Shown here: positions 58,682-64,000 of the stretch, in pieces | How positions within the stretch are numbered: position 1 is the first letter of the stretch | Layout of the letters: each line of letters begins with the position of its first letter | NCBI GenBank assembly: GCA_001776775.1 | Contig: MFDD01000002.1 | Span: forward strand, 169,834-233,833 | Origin: Candidatus Daviesbacteria bacterium RIFCSPHIGHO2_02_FULL_43_12 | GTDB taxonomy: Bacteria; Patescibacteriota; Microgenomatia; Daviesbacterales; UBA10151 | Reading direction: 5' to 3' | Length of the DNA stretch: 64,000 nucleotides | Position numbers and translations under genes: made by a program | Notes under the pieces: model-generated | Database searches by the model: none | The model's input: only the letters and a program-made list of their open reading frames with translations | What the model was told of the DNA's origin: nothing

Positions 58682-59810
58682 TGCTGGCTTCCTTAAAGAC
58701 CTCCAGGACCTGCTCGGCCATCTTTTTCCAGGAGAATATTTTAGCTTGCTCCAAGGCTTTGATGGATAACTCATCCCTCAGGCCTGCATCTTCACAAACC
58801 CGAACGATCGCATTTCTAATCTCTTCTATATTTAACGGATCAACCAATATTCCCGCCTCACCTACTATTTCTGGCAAAGAACCGGCAGTGGAAACAATCA
58901 CTGGTTTCCCCACAGACATCGCATCAACTACCGGAATACCAAACCCCTCCCATAAACTGGGAAACACAAAGGCTTTGGCCCCGTTTAGTAAATAAACTAA
59001 ATCCTCATCAGGGACAAATCCTAGGAATTTAATTTTGGTCTCAATACCCAGCCTTCTAGGCTTATCTAAAATCTCTTTAAATTTCCACCCCTGCTTACCC
59101 GGCCCGGTGGTCTTACCGCTTATTGCCAGTTGCACTCCTTCAATCGTTTTAAAAGCTTCGATTAACCTGGATAAGTTCTTGCGTGGTTGAATCGTACCAA
59201 TAAATAAAACATAATTTTTATCTAATTTATATTTAGAGCTGATCTCTTTAATCTTAGCTTCATCCTTAATCTCGATATATTTATCGCTATGTCCTGGATA
59301 GGCTACTGTTACTTTTTCTGATGAAACCTGGTAGTTTTTGAGGATATCCCGCTTAGCTGACTCAGAAATAGTGACGATATGTTGAGCATTTCTTATAGAG
59401 TACTTTGTCCAATTTTTTAACTTCCATAAGTCTTTTGCGGTCAAAGTCTCAGGAAAATGCAAGAATCCAGTATCAAAGACCATCACTACTCTTTTAACAT
59501 TAGTGAGTGTTGGGATATAGTGAGTTGGACTAAAAAACAGATCAGGCTTTATTTTAGCTCGAAAAATCTCTAGTGGTAGAGCGACCCTGGTCCATAGCTT
59601 ATTAAATTTTAAAATCTTATATTTCCACCCCTCACGCTCCTTAGGTAGATCACTTAAGGGGCTAGACGGCAGTAAGATTAAATAGTCATTTAAATGATCG
59701 ATCTGCTCTAAGTGTTTAAGTAACTCAAAGGCCACCTGCCCCGACCCAAGCCTTTGCTCAACATTTGCTTCATAACCATCAATCCAGATAAGTTTTTTAC
59801 TGCTTGTCAT
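58674..59810 (-). CDS. Glycosyltransferase family 4
   Basis: GTIQPRKN, EGFGIPVVDAM. Confidence 0.92.
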   Translation of the reverse strand: MTSSKKLIWIDGYEANVEQRLGSGQVAFELLKHLEQIDHLNDYLILLPSSPLSDLPKEREGWKYKILKFNKLWTRVALPLEIFRAKIKPDLFFSPTHYIPTLTNVKRVVMVFDTGFLHFPETLTAKDLWKLKNWTKYSIRNAQHIVTISESAKRDILKNYQVSSEKVTVAYPGHSDKYIEIKDEAKIKEISSKYKLDKNYVLFIGTIQPRKNLSRLIEAFKTIEGVQLAISGKTTGPGKQGWKFKEILDKPRRLGIETKIKFLGFVPDEDLVYLLNGAKAFVFPSLWEGFGIPVVDAMSVGKPVIVSTAGSLPEIVGEAGILVDPLNIEEIRNAIVRVCEDAGLRDELSIKALEQAKIFSWKKMAEQVLEVFKEASNE

Positions 59811-60816
59811 TTAGTCTTTCGTAAAGAGCTACTGTTGTGTCGGCAGACTTTTGCCAGCTGAATTTTTGGACTTGTTTAAAACCTTTCGCAATCAGCTCTT
59901 TGCGTAAATCTACATCCGCCCATACCTCTTTAAGCTTTGCGGTGATCTCATCAACGTTTAAGGGGTCAACATAGCAGGCGCCATCTCCTCCCACTTCCGG
60001 AAGGGCGGAGACATTAGAGGTAATTACCGGCACTCCACAAGCAAAGCTTTCTAAAACCGGTAGTCCGAATCCTTCGTATAGTGAAGGATAAAGCAGTACT
60101 TTTGCCAGAGAATAAAGAACCGGCATTTGGGAATCTGATGGTCTTGGCATTAGTTCTCCGCTTACCACCAAGGGCAAATCCCCAACCGCATCCTTTACTC
60201 TAGCTAAATTTCGTCTCTCTCCAACCCCGCTAATTGCCAACACGAATTCTTTGGGTAGATTATATTTTTTCCGGAATTCGTCTTTAGTACTTTCGGATTG
60301 AGGCTTAAAATTTTCACTTACCCCCTCATAAATTACTTCAATCTTTTCTGCCGGGATATGAGTTAGCTCTAGTAGGTCCTGTTTTGTGGATTCGGAGACC
60401 GCGATAATATAGTCTATTTCTCTCTCTACTTTTTCCAGGCGTTCCTTATGGACCTTGATAATCGAGGGTACTGACCATTGGGGGTACTTTAGGGGAATGA
60501 CATCGTGATAGGTCGTTACTTTTTTAGCACTACTAGCTGGCTGAACCCAGTCAGAGCTATGAAAAACATCTACCTTACCGATGAACTGTTCGATGTTAAT
60601 AAATCTCCAGTTATTCATCACGGGCTGAAAAAGACTGGGCGGGATAGGTAGGGATTTAACATTCGCCAATTCACCCTTATAGGGTTTTCTGAGTGAAGTA
60701 TAAAAAAATACTATCTCTAAGTCTTTCCGTAAGGAGAGTGCTTTTGCTAGCTCTTTAGTATAGGTTGCTACCCCACCGATAAATGCTGTTTGAGATATAT
60801 CAAAACCAATTTTCAT
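59797..60816 (-). CDS. Glycosyltransferase family 4
   Basis: [15 protein letters not shown]. Confidence 0.92.
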   Translation of the reverse strand: MKIGFDISQTAFIGGVATYTKELAKALSLRKDLEIVFFYTSLRKPYKGELANVKSLPIPPSLFQPVMNNWRFINIEQFIGKVDVFHSSDWVQPASSAKKVTTYHDVIPLKYPQWSVPSIIKVHKERLEKVEREIDYIIAVSESTKQDLLELTHIPAEKIEVIYEGVSENFKPQSESTKDEFRKKYNLPKEFVLAISGVGERRNLARVKDAVGDLPLVVSGELMPRPSDSQMPVLYSLAKVLLYPSLYEGFGLPVLESFACGVPVITSNVSALPEVGGDGACYVDPLNVDEITAKLKEVWADVDLRKELIAKGFKQVQKFSWQKSADTTVALYERLNDKQ

Positions 60817-62231
60817 TTTAGAGTGTACTCATAGATAAAACCAACTCCAGCAAAGTCATGGGTGATGGTATTTAGATACCCCTTCCTTTCTATTGCTGCG
60901 GCCACAAAGCGCTGAGGATCAGTAATATCTACTAAATAGTCTACCAGAAAAATAGTCTTATCACCCTTTAGCTTTGTTTTTAAGTCGACTACGTCCGAGT
61001 CCCGCTGGGCAGGCATCATCTCCAGAGCTCCGAGGGTCTGAAGATTATCCTGGGCATAATACTTAAACGGCGAAAAGCTGTCGTTACTTTCAAAAAGTAT
61101 CTTTGCCTGGGGATTTCTAAGCTCCAAAAAGGACACTGCTTCTCGCCAGTTTTCTCTTTGAAATCTGGGATTAAACAGATATATACCACCAAAAATAAGT
61201 TGCGTGACGACTATGCTAGTTAGGGCAGTTTCTCTCCACTTGTGAGATAAACTATCAATCCCTAACGCTGCTAAAATCATCAAAGGACTGAGAATAAAAA
61301 GCACTCTAAAATAGCTAAAGATAGGAATCCAAAAAGAGATTATAAAACTTAAAGTTAGGGGAACTAGAAACCAATATATTAGACTGGGAATAAATTTATT
61401 TCTACCAACTACCCCCCGGCTGACAAACCATCCATAAGCCAGCCCCATTCCTCCGGCAATCAATCCATATAGTATTTTATTATAAAAACTAATTCTACCG
61501 AGTAGAAATTTCACTAAGGTGAGCCCTAAGGATTTAGCAGTTGCTTGTCCGACCACCTCTTTCCATACTGGAAAGTTAGTTGTCGTATCTATACCAATTT
61601 TTAACTGCTTAATGAGCAGCGGTAAAAAGGCCGCTCCGGCCAGTGCTACCAGTATCCATCCCTTCAAAACTTCCTTCCACCAATTCTTCGACTGGGCAAA
61701 AATCAATACTACTATTTGCGAAAGGATGGTGAGGCTGGCTACATAATCGCTGCTTAAAAGCAAGGTTGTCGATGCTCCGTATTTTAAAAACCCAAATCGC
61801 GAGAGGTTCTGGAGCTTAAGAAAATAATAAAAGCTCATGGCTGAGGCCATAGCTGCAAACTCATACATTCGCGCCTCCTGGCTATAATAAATATGTAGAG
61901 GATTCACTGCAATTAAAAGAGCCGCGGTCAGGGCCAGCTGCCTGTTTTTTATTAGTACCCCTAATTTATACACATACCAAATAGTCACCACCCCAAAAAT
62001 GACCGAGGGTATTCTGGCCGATATTTCACTAAACCCGAAAGTATGAGTCCAAATCCAAAGAATAATAAAATACCCGGGGGGATGAAAATCTGCCTGCAGA
62101 TACTGAGTTATATAATCCCAGAAGGAATTTTGTTTACTTGCCAGCAGACTAATTGCCTCATCCAGCCACAGACTTTGATTTAAAGATATCAAGCGCAAGG
62201 TCAGCCCTAAAATAAGCACGACTATAATCAT
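60813..62231 (-). CDS. PMT-2/ArnT-like (GT-C) membrane glycosyltransferase
   Basis: SLWLDE, HPPGY, ARIPS, YSQEARMY. Confidence 0.87.
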   Translation of the reverse strand: MIIVVLILGLTLRLISLNQSLWLDEAISLLASKQNSFWDYITQYLQADFHPPGYFIILWIWTHTFGFSEISARIPSVIFGVVTIWYVYKLGVLIKNRQLALTAALLIAVNPLHIYYSQEARMYEFAAMASAMSFYYFLKLQNLSRFGFLKYGASTTLLLSSDYVASLTILSQIVVLIFAQSKNWWKEVLKGWILVALAGAAFLPLLIKQLKIGIDTTTNFPVWKEVVGQATAKSLGLTLVKFLLGRISFYNKILYGLIAGGMGLAYGWFVSRGVVGRNKFIPSLIYWFLVPLTLSFIISFWIPIFSYFRVLFILSPLMILAALGIDSLSHKWRETALTSIVVTQLIFGGIYLFNPRFQRENWREAVSFLELRNPQAKILFESNDSFSPFKYYAQDNLQTLGALEMMPAQRDSDVVDLKTKLKGDKTIFLVDYLVDITDPQRFVAAAIERKGYLNTITHDFAGVGFIYEYTLK

Positions 62232-62986
62232 TTTTGTTCGCTTAAGGAATATAGATGCAGCTCAACTAAGATTCGATAATACATTAACCCGAGTACCAAA
62301 CCAATTCCCCACCAACCGTCTAAGTATCCCCTATGCTTTATAAATCTTACCAAAAACTCCCTGGTTGGCTGCCAAATAAGTCTGAGTGGAGAAAACCGAA
62401 TACCTTTAGTCGATAGATTTTGGGCTTCAATCTTTGCATAACGGCGCTGCCTTGACAAAAACTGGCTGAAATTGTCATATCCAAAATGAAGCAAAGCATT
62501 ACTTTCTATGGCCGGTAAATTATATGCCTCACCTTCGATTTTCGGGTAAGTATGGATTATTCTTGGCCAACTAACTGCCCCTCTTCTAAAAAACCGTATC
62601 TGTCTATCGGGCCAAAAATTAGTATGCGAAATCCACTGACCGGCAAATATATTTTTTCTAGGAATATTAATTACTGAATATTCATTACTGGCTGCAAACT
62701 CTCTGAGCTTAACCTTCAAAGATTCGCTCAGCTCCTCATCAGGATCCATAATCAAGATCCAGTCCCCTGAGGTTTGTGCTATAGAATAATCTCTAATTAA
62801 TTCCACAAAAGGCACAAAAGCATGTGCTTGGTATTTTGCCCTAAACTCTTTGCTCAAGTCTTGGACCCTGGGTTCGCTGCCTATATCTATAATCACGATC
62901 TCTTCTGCAAAGTTGCTAATACTTTGAAGAGATTTGCGAAGTTTTTCAGTTTCATTAAAAACTACATAAACTACAGATATTTTCAT
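62228..62986 (-). CDS. Glycosyltransferase family 2
   Basis: WILIMDPDE, WPDRQIRFF, GYLDG motifs. Confidence 0.88.
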   Translation of the reverse strand: MKISVVYVVFNETEKLRKSLQSISNFAEEIVIIDIGSEPRVQDLSKEFRAKYQAHAFVPFVELIRDYSIAQTSGDWILIMDPDEELSESLKVKLREFAASNEYSVINIPRKNIFAGQWISHTNFWPDRQIRFFRRGAVSWPRIIHTYPKIEGEAYNLPAIESNALLHFGYDNFSQFLSRQRRYAKIEAQNLSTKGIRFSPLRLIWQPTREFLVRFIKHRGYLDGWWGIGLVLGLMYYRILVELHLYSLSEQK

Positions 62987-63927
62987 TTTTCTCCAATCTG
63001 AAGAAGCAGCTCTTTATAGCGCTTGGCTATTATATTCCATGAAAACCTTTCGGCTTGCTGGCGAGGTTTATTTTCCCAATTTCTTTGAAGAGCTAGTTTC
63101 ATAGCCTCGGCAATTATTTGTTCATTTTCGGCGTCAATTAATATTCCCGCATCGCCAATAATCTCTTTCCTAGCTCCATCTAAGGGAGCCACCACCGGTA
63201 ACCCCGAAGCCATTGCTTCTAAATAAACTATTCCAAATGATTCCCTGTCCCATGATAGTAGTGTAAAAAGATCTGCGGCGCGGTAAAGTTCGGCCATATT
63301 AGAATAATCAAATGATTTAATGCTAAATCTATCCCCCAATAGTGATTGGCCTAGCTCACGAAGAGATTGCTCCTCTTCACCTTCGCCTACAATCAAAAGC
63401 GACCCCTGGTCTAATTTCGCAACAGCTCTAATCGCTCTTTCGTGATGTTTGTTTTTAGTGAGGGCACCAACTGCAAGAATAACTGGACGAGCTAATTTTA
63501 AATCTAGCTTAGAACCTTTGGGATTAAATTTATCTAAGTCTACCCCATTGGATATTTTTTCAATGCGTACCCCCAGACTTCTGAGACTAGCCCACTTCCT
63601 CATTGTTTCAGTCAGAGCAATAAAAACATCCGGTCTGACCAAAATATTCCACCAGTCATCCCTGCCCATACCACTATGCCCAGAAATAACCATTTTGTAT
63701 GGTTTTATCAGCCGACCCAAAGAAACTTTCAAGCTTTGCAACCTACCATTAATAGGGATCACTACATCCGGATTCAAGGAGAGAACCTTGGTCAGGTTAT
63801 CCGCATCCTTGCCGGATAAAACCTCCAGCTGCATAGAATTTTGTAGATGAGAGGTTAGTTCTCTAACAAAAACTTCCGCTCCTCGTTTAGATGTTTCTTG
63901 ATATCTGCTTAAAAATATAGTTTTCAT
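62983..63927 (-). CDS. Glycosyltransferase family 4
   Basis: RGAE, NGVD, ESFGIVYLEAMASG; likely start MKTIF. Confidence 0.88.
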   Translation of the reverse strand: MKTIFLSRYQETSKRGAEVFVRELTSHLQNSMQLEVLSGKDADNLTKVLSLNPDVVIPINGRLQSLKVSLGRLIKPYKMVISGHSGMGRDDWWNILVRPDVFIALTETMRKWASLRSLGVRIEKISNGVDLDKFNPKGSKLDLKLARPVILAVGALTKNKHHERAIRAVAKLDQGSLLIVGEGEEEQSLRELGQSLLGDRFSIKSFDYSNMAELYRAADLFTLLSWDRESFGIVYLEAMASGLPVVAPLDGARKEIIGDAGILIDAENEQIIAEAMKLALQRNWENKPRQQAERFSWNIIAKRYKELLLQIGEK

Positions 63928-64000
63928 TTTTTTACTACAACCACTAAATGTGGTCCCCACATCCAAAAAGGATAAACGCCTAATTTACCCAAAACTTTAA

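Noticed and set aside
29292-63850. Many plus-strand ORFs (e.g. 30355-30783, 31740-32342, 36922-37395, 49064-49474)
   Set aside because: Antisense to well-supported genes, with no motifs of their own

Overview
64 kb of a low-GC, gene-dense bacterial chromosome (genetic code 11). Its gene content and style point to a Patescibacteria/CPR genome, probably Microgenomates (inference). From left to right: the 5' part of a very large secreted surface protein running off the window edge; htpX-lemA; an ABC-2 exporter; a PolX-PHP polymerase; a truncated LAGLIDADG relic fused to tRNA-Asp; LysM and SGNH genes; a ~5.4 kb accessory patch between tRNA-Thr(CGT) and tRNA-Gly(CCC) (SRPBCC, methyltransferase, HXXEE, orphan radical SAM, VanZ); a small glycan locus; lepB, parB, rpmA-rplU, rodA, ileS; ugd/uxs; a reduced dcw cluster (mraZ to ftsZ, no murC/D/E/ddl, truncated murB-like); glyQS; lysE; recO; and an ~18.5 kb glycosyltransferase locus. 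The best candidate for an undescribed system is the glyQS leader (43.7-44.1 kb). A consensus sigma70 promoter drives two tandem, extremely small glycine T-box riboswitches with a GGC specifier in an ultra-short Stem I and no Stem II. The first ends in a transcription terminator. The second has a 16-bp helix that would hide the Shine-Dalgarno and AUG of an unknown 72-aa ORF ahead of glyQS. Other recurring patterns are a -10 box exactly 6 nt before many ATGs (leaderless mRNAs), 7-nt-period repeat tracts at gene junctions, and short palindromic insertions, one in frame. All calls come from reading motifs by eye; no database searches were run.
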